The notes: a model not told the origin generated them from the sequence alone. A stretch of DNA of 64,000 bases from Kofleriaceae bacterium (GCA_965215005.1 CBDCCZ010000019.1:1-64000); one strand, 5' to 3'. Shown: positions 29,194 through 40,078, numbered from the stretch's first letter. A program made the numbers and translations.

Positions 29194-30552
29194 ATGCGCG
29201 CAGCCCCGAGCCCCATCGCCTGGACGGCCCTGGCCGCCATCCTGCCCGCCGCGCTGGCGGCCCAGCCGCTGCCCACGGCCGAGCCCGAGAGCGTCGGCAT
29301 GTCCGCCCAGCGGCTCGACCGTATCGCCGAGGCGTTCGGGCGCGACATCGAGGCGGGCGAGCTGTCCGGCGCCGTGGTCATGGTCGCGCGCGACGGCCGG
29401 CTGGTCTACGCCGCGGCCCTGGGCGAGCAGGATCCCGCCACGGGCGAGCCGATGGCGGAGGACTCGATCTTCCGCATCTACTCGATGACCAAGCCCATGG
29501 TCTCGGTCGCGGCGATGGTGCTGATGGAGGAGGGCGCGCTCGCGCTCACCGACCCGGTGTCGAAGCACCTGCCCGAGTTCGCGGACCTCACCGTCAGCGT
29601 CCCCGCGACGGAGCCCTACGGCAGGACGACCCACCGCGAGGTCCCCGCCGAGCGCGAGCCCACGGTGCACGACCTGCTGCGCCACACGGCGGGCCTCGCA
29701 TACGGCGAGCTCACCGCCAACCCCGAGGTGCAGGCGGCCTACGCCTCGGCCGGCGCCTATAACCCCGGCGGCATGGCCTTCGACGCCCGCGCGGCGAGCC
29801 CCGAGGAGCAGGTGGCGGGGCTCGCCGCGGCGCCTCTGGTCCATCAGCCCGGGACCGTGTGGGAGTACTCGCTGGCTTCGGACGTGCTCGGCCGGGTGGT
29901 CGAGGCGGCCTCGGGCATGCCGCTCGCGGACTTCCTGGAGGCCCGCGTCTTCGGCCCCCTGGAGATGGAGGCCACGGGCTTCCACGTCCCCCAGAACGCG
30001 ATGGCCCGCCTCGCCGAGGCCCCGGCCACCGACCCCGCCACGGGCGAGCCCATCGAGATGATCGACGTCTCCGCCGAGCCCATGAACGCGTCGGGCGGCG
30101 CGGGCGCGGTCTCGACCGCGGGCGATTACCTGCGCTTCTCGCAGATGCTGCTCGAGGGCGGCGCGCTCGACGGCGCGCGGGTGCTGAGCCCCACCACCGT
30201 CCGGCTGATGGCCTCGGACCATCTGGGGGAGCGGATCGAGGTCCCCGTGACCCCGGGCGAGCTGCTGCTCGGCACGCCGGGCTACACCTTCGGGCTGGGC
30301 TTCATGGTGCGCGAGGAGGCGGGGATCGCCGGCGTGCCGGGCTCGGAGGGCGAGTTCCTGTGGGGCGGCTACGGCGGGACCTTCTTCTGGATCGACCCCG
30401 TGGAGGACATCACGGCCGTGCTGATGACCCAGCGCCCAGGCCCGACCCGCGCCCACTACCGCCGGCTGGTCAAGCAGCTCGTCCATGCGGCGATCACCGA
30501 GAGCCACGCCAGGGGCGGCGCCACGACGGAGGCGGTGACGGTGGCGAACTGA
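29194..30552 (+). CDS. Secreted serine hydrolase (class C beta-lactamase/EstB-like)
   Basis: Signal peptide, SMTK, LLRHTAG, WEYS and WGGYGGT. Confidence 0.92.
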   Translation: MRAAPSPIAWTALAAILPAALAAQPLPTAEPESVGMSAQRLDRIAEAFGRDIEAGELSGAVVMVARDGRLVYAAALGEQDPATGEPMAEDSIFRIYSMTKPMVSVAAMVLMEEGALALTDPVSKHLPEFADLTVSVPATEPYGRTTHREVPAEREPTVHDLLRHTAGLAYGELTANPEVQAAYASAGAYNPGGMAFDARAASPEEQVAGLAAAPLVHQPGTVWEYSLASDVLGRVVEAASGMPLADFLEARVFGPLEMEATGFHVPQNAMARLAEAPATDPATGEPIEMIDVSAEPMNASGGAGAVSTAGDYLRFSQMLLEGGALDGARVLSPTTVRLMASDHLGERIEVPVTPGELLLGTPGYTFGLGFMVREEAGIAGVPGSEGEFLWGGYGGTFFWIDPVEDITAVLMTQRPGPTRAHYRRLVKQLVHAAITESHARGGATTEAVTVAN

Positions 30553-30825
30553 GGCGGCGTCTTTCGGCCAGCACTCGCGATTGGGGGCGACATGGCTTGC
30601 GCCCGGCCGGCCCAACCACGCCGAGGATCGACCGCCGACCCACAACAGCAGGGCCGCGCAGGCAGCGGAGAGATGGAGGAGGCGGTGCACCGCGCATCGC
30701 CCCTCAGCGGGGTAGTGCCTCAAGGGTGCTATAGGATCGCCGACCTTCGGAAAGGCCTCAGTTGATTGGGCTGCTGCGCTGGGAAGCTTGGACAGTATCC
30801 ACATCAACGATGGCCTGACGAGTTC

Positions 30826-31593
30826 TCAACGGCGGAGCTCGAGGTGGAAGCGGTACATGTCTGGGCGGAAGCGAAGCACGACATACTCGAACGGCTTGTC
30901 GGTGGCATCGAAGGATTGCCGCCGCGCCACGAGGAGCGGCAAGCCGAGTGCGACGCCGAGTGTCTCGGCCTGAGCCATGTCGGCGGCGTCCGCCTCGATG
31001 TATTCGCGGGCGCGCGAGACCGAGACGCCGCATCGTGCCTTGAGCCAATCATAGAGTGAGCCGTCGGTGAGCTCGCCGGCCGACGGGGGCCGTTGGGCAC
31101 GGAACAGCCGCGGCGCGAGCCAGGATACCGCCATCCCAATTGGGGCCGCGTCGGCGAGAAGCAGGCGGTGCGAGCGGAAGACCTTTGTCCCGCGGCTGAT
31201 CTCGAGCGCTTCGGCGACCTCGGAGCCGGCCTTGGCGACGCCGATCTCAAGAACGCGATGCGAGGGCGTGAGGCCGCGACGCCGCATATCCTCGGAAAAG
31301 CCCGACATCTCCTCGGCCGGTTGATCGACGCGCTTGCGCAGGACGATCGACCCCTTGCCCGAGCGGCGCACGATCAGTCCGTCGGTCTCGAGTTCGTTCA
31401 GCGCCGTGCGCGAGGTTGCGCGGCTGACACCGAACTGCCGGTTGAGTTCCGCTTCGGAGGGCAGCGTGTCGCCCGGCGAGAACTCCTCGCGCTCGATCGC
31501 GCGACGCAGGCGCTCGGCGATCTGGAACCAACGGGGAACAGGCCCGTCATTGTCGATCGGCTCGCGCCAGTTCTTCACCCGTCCGGACGTCAT
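30826..31593 (-). CDS. GntR (HutC/UTRA) transcriptional regulator
   Basis: LPSEAEL..FGVSRAT.R.AL, GKGS and a UTRA C-terminus. Confidence 0.92.
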   Translation of the reverse strand: MTSGRVKNWREPIDNDGPVPRWFQIAERLRRAIEREEFSPGDTLPSEAELNRQFGVSRATSRTALNELETDGLIVRRSGKGSIVLRKRVDQPAEEMSGFSEDMRRRGLTPSHRVLEIGVAKAGSEVAEALEISRGTKVFRSHRLLLADAAPIGMAVSWLAPRLFRAQRPPSAGELTDGSLYDWLKARCGVSVSRAREYIEADAADMAQAETLGVALGLPLLVARRQSFDATDKPFEYVVLRFRPDMYRFHLELRR

Positions 31594-31759
31594 ATCGTTT
31601 GTGCCCACCTCCCTGCTCATGCACACTGATGCCGTCGCAGCAAGCAGGGAAACCCCACGACAGATCGGGAACCTCCTGCCGCAGGTCGGAAGCCGCGCCT
31701 GCCGCCTCGCCCGAGCCGCCGGGGGAACGCCGGCCGATCACCCAACGAAGGGAGACGTC

Positions 31760-32857
31760 ATGAAGACATCCACGACCTTCGCCGCCCTCACGCTGGCATG
31801 CGCGTCCGCGGCATCGGCGCAGGAGACGCTGCCGATCTCGGGCAAGACCTGCGACGAGCTCCTCGCGACCTATTCCGACCTGCCGTTCACCGACGTCATC
31901 CCGCTCGAGGAGGGCCCCATCTCGGTCGACGGGGCCGAGGAGGAGATCGTCGTCGGGTTCTCGCAGACCGGCTTCAACCACCCTTGGCGCATCTCAATGC
32001 TCGAATCCGCGCAGGCCGAGGCGTGCCGGCACCCGAACGTCAGCATGATCGTGCTCGACGGCAACGTGGACGTCGCCAAGCAGAACAACGACGTCCGCGA
32101 CCTGCTCGCCCGCGGCGTCGACGCGGTGCTCCTGAGCCCCGTCGAGTCCGCCGCCCTGATCCCCGCCTCGCGCGCGGTGATGGACCAGGGCATTCCGCTC
32201 ATCGTCATGGACCGCGACGTCCCGACGGAGAAGACCCTTTTCATCGGGCAGAGCAACGTGACCATGGGCGAGAAGGTCGCCGAGAGGATGGCCGAGGACC
32301 TCGGCGGCAGCGGCAACATCGTGGTGATCACGGGCCTTCAGGGCTCATCCCCCGCGGTCGATCGCGACCAAGGCATGAAGAACGTCCTGGCCGAGCACCC
32401 TGACATCCAAGTGCTCGCGACCGGCGACGGCGAGTGGATCCGCGAGCCGGCGGTGCCGATCATGGAGGACTTCCTGACCGCCTATCCCGACATTGACGCG
32501 GTGTTCTCGCACGCCGAGGAGTCGTCGTGGGGGGCGCAGCTCGCCATCGCGCGAGCGAACCGGTGCGAGGACGAGATCCTGCATTACACGTTCGACGGCT
32601 CCAACGCGGGCTTCAAGTCGGTGCGCGACGGAACCTTCCGCGCCGACGGCAACTACACGCCATTCATCGGCGACATCGGCATGCGCGCGGCGCTCTACGC
32701 CCTGATGGGGCGCGAAATCCCCGATGCGGCACCCTACTCGCAGCCAGGCATGCAGCTCGCGCTGCCGGACTCGCCCACCGTCGTCGCCGAGAACGCCGAA
32801 GAGTGGATCGGCCGCGGCTGGGGCGACTTCGAGCCGCCGCTCGACCCCTGCCAGTAG
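31760..32857 (+). CDS. Sugar ABC substrate-binding protein (RbsB-like)
   Basis: Signal peptide, VGFSQ...HPWR, MDR and FDG. Confidence 0.9.
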   Translation: MKTSTTFAALTLACASAASAQETLPISGKTCDELLATYSDLPFTDVIPLEEGPISVDGAEEEIVVGFSQTGFNHPWRISMLESAQAEACRHPNVSMIVLDGNVDVAKQNNDVRDLLARGVDAVLLSPVESAALIPASRAVMDQGIPLIVMDRDVPTEKTLFIGQSNVTMGEKVAERMAEDLGGSGNIVVITGLQGSSPAVDRDQGMKNVLAEHPDIQVLATGDGEWIREPAVPIMEDFLTAYPDIDAVFSHAEESSWGAQLAIARANRCEDEILHYTFDGSNAGFKSVRDGTFRADGNYTPFIGDIGMRAALYALMGREIPDAAPYSQPGMQLALPDSPTVVAENAEEWIGRGWGDFEPPLDPCQ

Positions 32858-32915
32858 GAACGGACGTGCAGGTCCGGCCGCGCGGGCGGCCGGGTCGGCC
32901 CCGCGGACGTTGCCG

Positions 32916-34400
32916 GTGAGCGACCTCCTTCTCGACGCCCGGTCCCTGCGGAAGCAGTTCGGTCCAAACGTCGTCCTCAAGGACGTCGACCTCGCGGTCG
33001 CGCGCGGCGAGGTGCACGCCATCGTCGGCGAGAACGGCGCGGGCAAGTCGACGCTGATCAAGATCCTCGGCGGCGTGCACCGCGCCGACGGCGGCTCGGT
33101 TCGCCTCGAGGGACGCGAGCTGGCGTTGCCGACGCCGCAGGCGGCGCTCGCGAACGGCATCGTCGTCATCCATCAGGAGCTCTCGCTTGCGCCGCACCTG
33201 ACCACCGAGGAGAACATCTTTCTCGGCCACTTCCCGCGCTCCGCCTTCGGCCTCATCGACCGGCGCACCGTCCGGGCGCGCACGCGGGAGCTGCTCGACC
33301 GGCTGTCGATCGAGATCGACCCGACCATACCCGTCGGCCGGCTGAGCATCGCGCAGCAGCAGATGATCGAGATCGCCAAGGCGATCTCGGTCGAGGCGAA
33401 GCTCCTCGTGCTCGACGAGCCGACTGCGGTGCTCGATGCGAACCGCGTCGACACCCTCTTCGCGCTGATCGAGCGGCTCAAGGCGCAGGAGATCGGCATC
33501 GTCTACATCTCGCACCATCTCGACGAGATCTTCCGCATCGCCGGCCGGGTCACCGTCCTGCGCGACGGCGAGTGCACCGGCCTGAGCGACGTCGCCCGCG
33601 TCGATCATGATTGGCTCGTCGCGAAGATGGTCGGGCGTCAGTTCGAACCCCACGACACGCAATCCCGTCGCTTCGGCGACGTCGCACTCGAGCTCGAGGG
33701 CCTTGGCGCGGGTGACGCCTTCCAAGACATCTCGCTGATCGTCCGAGAGGGCGAGATCGTCGGCCTCGCCGGCCTGATCGGCGCCGGCCGGACGGAGGTG
33801 GCGCAAACAGTCTTCGGCGTCCGCCGCCCCACGGCGGGACGCATCCGCCTCTTCGGCGAGGAGGTGCGGATCGCCGGCCCGGGCTATGCCACGCGCCATG
33901 GCATCGGCTACGTCAGCGAGGACCGCAAGGCTTTCGGCCTCCTGTCGAACCGGCCGGTGCGCGAGAACGTGACGATCGCGAACCTGTCCCGCTTTCAGTC
34001 CTTCGGCTTCCTCCGCCTCGGCCGAGAGCGCGCCTTCGTGCACGAGCGGATCGCCCAACTCGACATCCGGCTCTCGTCCATGCAGTCCGAGATGGGCACG
34101 CTGAGCGGTGGCAACCAGCAGAAGGTGCTGCTGGGCCGGACGCTGGCGGGCCGGCCGCGTATCCTGATCTTCGACGAGCCGACGCGCGGCGTCGACATCG
34201 GCGCCAAGCGCGAGATCTACCGCTTCATCGAGGAGCTCGCGGCCGAGGGCGTCGCCATCCTCCTGATCTCGTCCGAGATGGAGGAGGTGCTGCGCCTCTC
34301 CGACCGGGTGATCGTGATGCGCGGCGGTCGCATCGCCGTCGAGCTGTCGCGCGGCTCGGCGAGCGAGGAGAACATCATGCGCGCAGCCTCTCTCGACTGA
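32916..34400 (+). CDS. Sugar ABC ATPase, two-domain (RbsA-like)
   Basis: GENGAGKS, DEPT and LSGGNQQK. Confidence 0.94.
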   Translation: MSDLLLDARSLRKQFGPNVVLKDVDLAVARGEVHAIVGENGAGKSTLIKILGGVHRADGGSVRLEGRELALPTPQAALANGIVVIHQELSLAPHLTTEENIFLGHFPRSAFGLIDRRTVRARTRELLDRLSIEIDPTIPVGRLSIAQQQMIEIAKAISVEAKLLVLDEPTAVLDANRVDTLFALIERLKAQEIGIVYISHHLDEIFRIAGRVTVLRDGECTGLSDVARVDHDWLVAKMVGRQFEPHDTQSRRFGDVALELEGLGAGDAFQDISLIVREGEIVGLAGLIGAGRTEVAQTVFGVRRPTAGRIRLFGEEVRIAGPGYATRHGIGYVSEDRKAFGLLSNRPVRENVTIANLSRFQSFGFLRLGRERAFVHERIAQLDIRLSSMQSEMGTLSGGNQQKVLLGRTLAGRPRILIFDEPTRGVDIGAKREIYRFIEELAAEGVAILLISSEMEEVLRLSDRVIVMRGGRIAVELSRGSASEENIMRAASLD

Positions 34401-34423
34401 CCGGCAATGCGGAGATCCCGATC

Positions 34424-35401
34424 ATGACGCAGACCTCGTCCGCGCCTCAAGACGGCACGCCCCAGAGGCGCTCCGTGCTCCTGTCGCAGCTCGTGCGCCA
34501 GACCGGGGTGCTCGCGGCGCTGATCCTGCTCGTCATCGTCTCGTCGTTTCTCAACGACCGCTTCCTGTCGGTGCCGAACCTCCTCAACGTTCTGCGGCAG
34601 GTCTCGATCGTCGGCATCCTTGCCGTAGGTATGACCTTCGTCATCCTGACCAAGGGGATTGACCTGTCCGTGGGCTCGATCCTCGGCGTCTCGGTCGTGC
34701 TCTTCGCCGGCCTTCTCGAGACGCAGTCCATGGCGGTCGCGATCCCGCTCGGCATCCTGGCGGCGATGGGCCTCGGCCTCCTGAACGGCCTCGGCGTCGC
34801 CTTCGCCGGCATCCCTCCCTTCATCATGACGCTCGGGATGCTCTCCTTCGCGCGCGGGCTCGCCTTCATCTACACCGGCGGCACACCGGTGCCGATCATC
34901 AACGAGGCTTTCTACAACCTCGGCAACGGCTACACTTTCGGCGTCCCGAACCCGACGCTGATCCTGTTCGCGACGCTCTTGGTCAGCGGCATCGTCCTGG
35001 CGCGCACGCCCTTCGGCCGATCGGTCTACGCCATCGGCTCCAACGAGGACGCGGCCCTGCTCTCCGGTGTCCCGGTGCGGCTCTACAAGACGGCCGTCTA
35101 CGTGATCTCGGGCGGAGTGGCGGGGCTCGCCGGCCTCGTCTACGCCTCGCAGCTCAGCGTCGGCACGCCGATCGCCGGCCAGGCCTACGAGCTCGACGCG
35201 ATCGCCGCGGTGGTCGTCGGCGGCACAAGTCTCTTCGGCGGCAAGGGCTCGGTCGCCGGGACCCTCATCGGCACGCTGATCATCGGGGTGCTGGCGAACA
35301 TCCTCAACCTCACCGGCGTGGACCCATTCGTCCAGCAGCTCTTCAAGGGCGCGCTGATCGTCGTCGCCGTGTTCATCATGGCGCGGTCGAGCCGGGCATG
35401 A
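34424..35401 (+). CDS. Sugar ABC permease (RbsC-like)
   Basis: GIDLSVGS, PPFIMTLG and ELDAIAAVVVGGTSL.GG.G. Confidence 0.94.
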   Translation: MTQTSSAPQDGTPQRRSVLLSQLVRQTGVLAALILLVIVSSFLNDRFLSVPNLLNVLRQVSIVGILAVGMTFVILTKGIDLSVGSILGVSVVLFAGLLETQSMAVAIPLGILAAMGLGLLNGLGVAFAGIPPFIMTLGMLSFARGLAFIYTGGTPVPIINEAFYNLGNGYTFGVPNPTLILFATLLVSGIVLARTPFGRSVYAIGSNEDAALLSGVPVRLYKTAVYVISGGVAGLAGLVYASQLSVGTPIAGQAYELDAIAAVVVGGTSLFGGKGSVAGTLIGTLIIGVLANILNLTGVDPFVQQLFKGALIVVAVFIMARSSRA

Positions 35402-36573
35402 GGGACGGCGTGCGCGAATGGCGCAAGGCGCCGACCATGCGCCAGGTCGAGCGCGCGCTCGGGCGCTGCGAGGAGATCGCGCCGCTCGTCGCGCGCCATG
35501 TCACGCGCGAGCGAATGCGCCGCTACCTCGGCCCGCTCAGCGAGACGCCAGCGCCGTCAGGGGCCGCGGCGCTCATGCGCGCGCCCGTGCTGCGCGCGCT
35601 ACTCGAGGAGGACGGCGCCCTCGGCGGACGCCTCGCCCTCGACCCGGACTTCCGCGAAACCGGCGCGGCCGCGATCACGACCGGGACTGGGGCCGAGAAG
35701 GGCCTCTGGTACCTCGCGCACCTCGACTCGATCAGCTACCTCGTGCAGCCACCCCAAGGGGCGGGCCACCCGCTGGTGCCCTACTGCTACCACCTGACGC
35801 GCGAGGGCCGGCGCGCCGCACAGGCGCTGCGCTACGATCTGGAGGCCGGCCGCTTCGTCGTGCTCTGCCAGGGAACGCTGGTCTCGTCCGACGGCGCGCC
35901 GAGCTTCGAGCCAGCGGATGCCACGATGCTGCGGCCCGGCGACCGGGTGGTGCCGGTCACGCCGTTCCGATGCGAAGAGGACGGCGCCATGACCGGGCAC
36001 TTCGACAACGCCGGCAGCGTCGCCGCGCTGGCCGTCGCCGCGCCCGTCCTCGCCGAGATCGGCGCGGACGCGCTGCTCGCGATGCCGGACGAGGAGGAGG
36101 GGCCTGCCGCCAGCGGCAACCAGACGATCAGCCGCGGCAGCGCTCGGCTGATCGCGGCTGCGCCCGCGCCGCGCCTCGCGGTCGTCGTCGACATGCAGCA
36201 GACCGCGGCCGAGGGAAACAGCGGTCCCGACGGTGCCGGAACGCCCGGCAGGGGGGCGGTCCTGAGCGAGTTCTCGAGCCGCGCACGGGGCGCCGTCACA
36301 CCGCCGCCGCTCTACGCCGCGGCGCGCGCGTTCACCCGGGAACTCGACGGCCTGGGCGCCACCGTCCGCGAGACGTCGAACCTCTACACCTCGCGGAGCG
36401 ACGACGTGAGCGTGATGCTGCGCTGCGCCGAGATCGTGCTGCTGGGTTTTCCCGGCGGCGACCGACACTTCGACGCAGCGCTGCCGTCGGCCCACCTCGA
36501 CGACCTGGTGAGCCTCGCGCGTGCGCTGGTCTTCGTCTCGGCTCTCGCCACCGAGCTCGAAGGCGCGGCATGA
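35398..36573 (+). CDS. M42/M20/M28-fold metallohydrolase of unknown specificity
   Basis: Candidate metal ligands AHLD, FDN..S, DEEE, VVD and a C-terminal RH. Confidence 0.65.
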   Translation: MRDGVREWRKAPTMRQVERALGRCEEIAPLVARHVTRERMRRYLGPLSETPAPSGAAALMRAPVLRALLEEDGALGGRLALDPDFRETGAAAITTGTGAEKGLWYLAHLDSISYLVQPPQGAGHPLVPYCYHLTREGRRAAQALRYDLEAGRFVVLCQGTLVSSDGAPSFEPADATMLRPGDRVVPVTPFRCEEDGAMTGHFDNAGSVAALAVAAPVLAEIGADALLAMPDEEEGPAASGNQTISRGSARLIAAAPAPRLAVVVDMQQTAAEGNSGPDGAGTPGRGAVLSEFSSRARGAVTPPPLYAAARAFTRELDGLGATVRETSNLYTSRSDDVSVMLRCAEIVLLGFPGGDRHFDAALPSAHLDDLVSLARALVFVSALATELEGAA

Positions 36574-37484
36574 CCGAGCTCGTCACCGTCGGCTGGCTGA
36601 CCACGGACGACATCGTCCTCGAGAGCGGCGTCTGCCGCATGGCGGTGCCTGGCGGCGGCGCCCTCTACTCGGCGATCGGCGCGCAGATCTGGACCCCATC
36701 GGTCGGCATCCACGCGCCGGCGGGTCGCCCGCATGTCGAGCGCAGCCGGCGCGAGATCGCCGCCCGCGGGCTCGACGTCTCGGGGATCGCGGCGGCGGAG
36801 GGGAACGGGCTCGAGCTCTGGCTCCTGCACGAGAGCGACATCGACAAGCAGCAGGTCCCCAAGCTCGCCTCGTCGACGCCCGAGGAGATGGATGCGGCCC
36901 GTGGTCCTCTGCCGCCGGGGCACGAGGGCGCTCGCGGCTTCCACGTGGCGCCCCAGGGGCCGGAGAGTTCGCTTGCGAACGTGCAGCGCTTGCAAGCGCC
37001 GGGTCGCGTGGTGACGATGGACATCCTTTCGGACGAGATGATCGACGCGGGGCGGTACCGGGACCTGCGGTACCTCGCCCACGTCGATGCGTTCCTGCCG
37101 AGCGAGACCGAGATCGCCCGGATCTGGCGCCCAGCCCGGATCGAGGACTGGATCGCGGCGACGGCGCGCGAGCACCGCTGCCACCTCGCGGCGAAGCTCG
37201 GCGAGATGGGCTCGCTCGTCGCCGAGGCGGGGACGGGCCGCGTGATCCACGTGCCGGCCTTTGCAGTCAAGGCTGTGGATACGACGGGCGCCGGGGACGC
37301 CTACTGCGGCGGATTTCTAGCTGGCCTCGTGGCCGGTCGGCCGGTCGCCGAATGCGCCGCGATGGGCACGGTCTCGGCCTCGTACGTGGTCGAGGCCTTG
37401 GGCGCGCTCGCGACCGCCCGCCCGACCGCTGAAGAGCGCGACCGACGCCTGCGCTCGGTCCTCGGAACCATCCGACAGACCTGA
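36570..37484 (+). CDS. PfkB family carbohydrate kinase
   Basis: PGGGALY and DTTGAGDAYCGG. ATGA overlap with the previous gene. Confidence 0.92.
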   Translation: MTELVTVGWLTTDDIVLESGVCRMAVPGGGALYSAIGAQIWTPSVGIHAPAGRPHVERSRREIAARGLDVSGIAAAEGNGLELWLLHESDIDKQQVPKLASSTPEEMDAARGPLPPGHEGARGFHVAPQGPESSLANVQRLQAPGRVVTMDILSDEMIDAGRYRDLRYLAHVDAFLPSETEIARIWRPARIEDWIAATAREHRCHLAAKLGEMGSLVAEAGTGRVIHVPAFAVKAVDTTGAGDAYCGGFLAGLVAGRPVAECAAMGTVSASYVVEALGALATARPTAEERDRRLRSVLGTIRQT

Positions 37485-37502
37485 ACGCCGGGGAGCCACG
37501 AC

Positions 37503-38351
37503 ATGACCGGACGGAGAGACGTCCTGCGGGAGATCTTCGGGCGCGAGCGCCCGCTGATCGGAAACGTGCACCTGCCGCCGCTTCCAGGCACGCCGCGATA
37601 CACCGGCGCCACCCTTCGCGAGCTTGCCGACATCGCATTGCGCGACGTCGAGGCCTACGAGGCGGGCGGCATGGACGGCCTGATGCTCGAGAACCACGGC
37701 GACATACCGTTCCTGAAGCCCGGGCGGATCGGGCCGGAGATCATCGCCGCGATGGCCGCCCTCGGCACGGCAGTGGCCTCGCGGACCTCGCTGCCCTTCG
37801 GGATCAACCTCCTCGCGAACGACGCGATCGGCGCCCTGGCGATCGCCAGGGCGACCGGCGCCGCGTTCGTCCGCGTGAACCAGTGGGTCAATGCCTACGT
37901 CGCGAACGAGGGCTTCGTCGAGGGGCAGAGCGCGGAGGCGCTCCGGTTCAGCCGGCAGATCGGGGCGGGAGGCGTCGCGATCTTCGCGGACGTCCACGTC
38001 AAGCACGGCGCGCACGCTGTGACCGCCGACCGCGGCGTGGCCGAGCTGGCGCGGGACACCGAGTTCTTCGGCGCCGACGTCGCCATCGCCACGGGGAACC
38101 GGACCGGCGACAGCATCCCAGCGGACGAGATCGCCTCGATCCGCGCGGGAACGTCGCTGCCCGTGATCGGCGGCAGCGGCCTTTCGGTCGAGAACGTCGC
38201 CGAGATCCTGCCCCGCCTCGACGGCGCGATCGTCGGGTCGAGCCTCAAGGCGAAAGGTCATTGGGCGAACCCGGTCGACCAGCGCCGGGTGGAGGCGCTG
38301 GTCGCAGCGGCGCGCGACCTTCGCGCGGAAGTCCCGGCACCGCCGGCGTAA
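37503..38351 (+). CDS. BtpA/SgcQ family TIM-barrel protein
   Basis: IGNVHLPPLPG.P, ENHGDIPF, GINLLAND, DVHVKH and IVGSSLK. Confidence 0.92.
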   Translation: MTGRRDVLREIFGRERPLIGNVHLPPLPGTPRYTGATLRELADIALRDVEAYEAGGMDGLMLENHGDIPFLKPGRIGPEIIAAMAALGTAVASRTSLPFGINLLANDAIGALAIARATGAAFVRVNQWVNAYVANEGFVEGQSAEALRFSRQIGAGGVAIFADVHVKHGAHAVTADRGVAELARDTEFFGADVAIATGNRTGDSIPADEIASIRAGTSLPVIGGSGLSVENVAEILPRLDGAIVGSSLKAKGHWANPVDQRRVEALVAAARDLRAEVPAPPA

Positions 38352-38754
38352 GTGCCCACACCGTTCGGCTCAGACGACGATGTTGATGAGGCTTGCGAGC
38401 GCCAAGGCGATCGGGCGGCCTTCAGCCGTGCGGACGAGGATTGTCGTCTTGCACATAGGCAGACACCGTAGCGGACACGTGGGTCAAGCAGCCTCCGTCT
38501 TGCGAGGAGATCACCGCACCGATGCTCGGGGCGAGTTGGACGATGAGTTGATCGAGCACCCGATCAGGGCCAGCGGGGATCAGGATTGCTCTGCTCCACA
38601 CTCGTCATCTTGCACCGTCTTCGCTCCGGCTCCTTCCCGCCGGGAGTTCTTCCTTCGAAGGCTTGCCTCCGTGCAGCGTCGCCGCTGCCTGCCCCCCATG
38701 GAGCGCTGGCCGATCATCCTCCTCCAAGGCCCTGATTCCTGGAGACCTCACTTG

Positions 38755-38770
38755 ATTTAATCGTTTAACC
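38755..38770. promoter_or_regulatory. Candidate LacI-type operator
   Basis: TTAATCGTTTAA near-palindrome with central CG. Shares CGTTTAACC with 46657-46672. Confidence 0.55.
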
Positions 38771-38853
38771 GAAGGAGACTGCGGTTCATCCGCATGAGGC
38801 GCCCTCACGACCTGTGGGACGGTCACCTCAGGAATGAGTTGGTAGGGCACCGA

Positions 38854-40077
38854 GTGATCGAGGACCGCTTGTCCGCTGACGAAGGCCTGCGGCGACGGGC
38901 CACGATGCGGGACGTGGCGCGTCGCGCCGGCGTCTCGATCGCGACGGTCTCCAACGTGCTGAACGCGTCCAAGCCCGTGGCGCCCGAGACCGCCCGCGCC
39001 GTCGAGGCCGCCGTGACGGCGCTGGGCTATCAGCCCAACCCCATCGCGCGCTCGCTGATCGCCCGCCGCGTGCGGCATGGGTGGTCCGGACGGAACGCCC
39101 GCACCCGGCTGCTGACGGTGGGCTACCTGTCCATCGACTACGTGGTGGCGGTCCCTGCCCTGCCTGGGTCCGACGATCGGCTGACCGCGCGCGGGATCGA
39201 GAAGATGGTCGGAGGACCGGCCGCCAACGTGGCGGTCTTCGCCGCGGGGTTGGAGCTGCCTTCCGCGGTGCGGGCCGAGGTCCTCACCCGGATCGGCGAC
39301 GACGCCGACAGCGACTGGGCGCTGGGGGAACTCGCGGCGCGCGGGGTCGACTCGTCCGGTGCGATCCGGACGCCGGGGGCGCGGCTCTCGCGCTGCATCG
39401 TCATCGTCGAGGCGGGCGGGGCGCAAGCCATCATCAACGAGCCGCTGACCGTCGCGGGCGCAGACGTCCACGCCCATCTCGACCGCCAACCGAGGGCGGC
39501 CTCAGAGACCTGGGTTCACCTGGACGGCTTCCAGGTCGCGCAGGCCGCACCCTCTCTTCCCGCTTTGCGCCGAAGGAGCGTGCGTCTGTCCGCGCACATG
39601 ACGGGACTCGAAGCGTCCTGGCGCAGCCTCGAAGGCCTCCTCCGCCTGTGCGGGCTCCTCGACCTCGTCTTCCTGAACCGCGAGGTCGCGCGGTCCATGA
39701 CCTCGACGGATGGGGCGGAACAAGACGAAGTCCTCGTCCCGCGGCTCGACACGCTGATCCAGGGGGGCGACGCCCCGTCCGGGGGCGCCGTCCTGCTGAC
39801 CCTCGGCGCGGGCGGCGCGGTGCTGCTGCGGCCCGGGGCGTCGCCGCACCGGGTCCTCGCCGAACCCGTCGAGCCCGTCGACACCACCGGCGCTGGCGAC
39901 GCCTTCACTGGGCTCTTCCTCGGCCTGCACCTCTCGGGGCGGAGCCTCGAGGAGGCTCTCGCGGGGGCCGTCCGTGGGGCGACGCTCTCGGTGAGCGCCC
40001 TCGGCGCCCAGGGACGACGGGTGTCGGCGGCGGAACTCGGGCTGGACGGGACGATCCCGGCCGCCGAGGTCGGGTGA
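38854..40077 (+). CDS. LacI-type HTH fused to a PfkB kinase domain
   Basis: TMRDVARRAGVSIATVSNVLN...LGYQPN.IARSL, then GGPAANVA and DTTGAGDAF. The start is uncertain. Confidence 0.88.
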   Translation: MIEDRLSADEGLRRRATMRDVARRAGVSIATVSNVLNASKPVAPETARAVEAAVTALGYQPNPIARSLIARRVRHGWSGRNARTRLLTVGYLSIDYVVAVPALPGSDDRLTARGIEKMVGGPAANVAVFAAGLELPSAVRAEVLTRIGDDADSDWALGELAARGVDSSGAIRTPGARLSRCIVIVEAGGAQAIINEPLTVAGADVHAHLDRQPRAASETWVHLDGFQVAQAAPSLPALRRRSVRLSAHMTGLEASWRSLEGLLRLCGLLDLVFLNREVARSMTSTDGAEQDEVLVPRLDTLIQGGDAPSGGAVLLTLGAGGAVLLRPGASPHRVLAEPVEPVDTTGAGDAFTGLFLGLHLSGRSLEEALAGAVRGATLSVSALGAQGRRVSAAELGLDGTIPAAEVG

Positions 40078-40078
40078 G

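Noticed and set aside
38360..38750. Lower-GC spacer as an IS relic or sRNA
   Set aside because: No convincing transposase motif, inverted repeat or structure.
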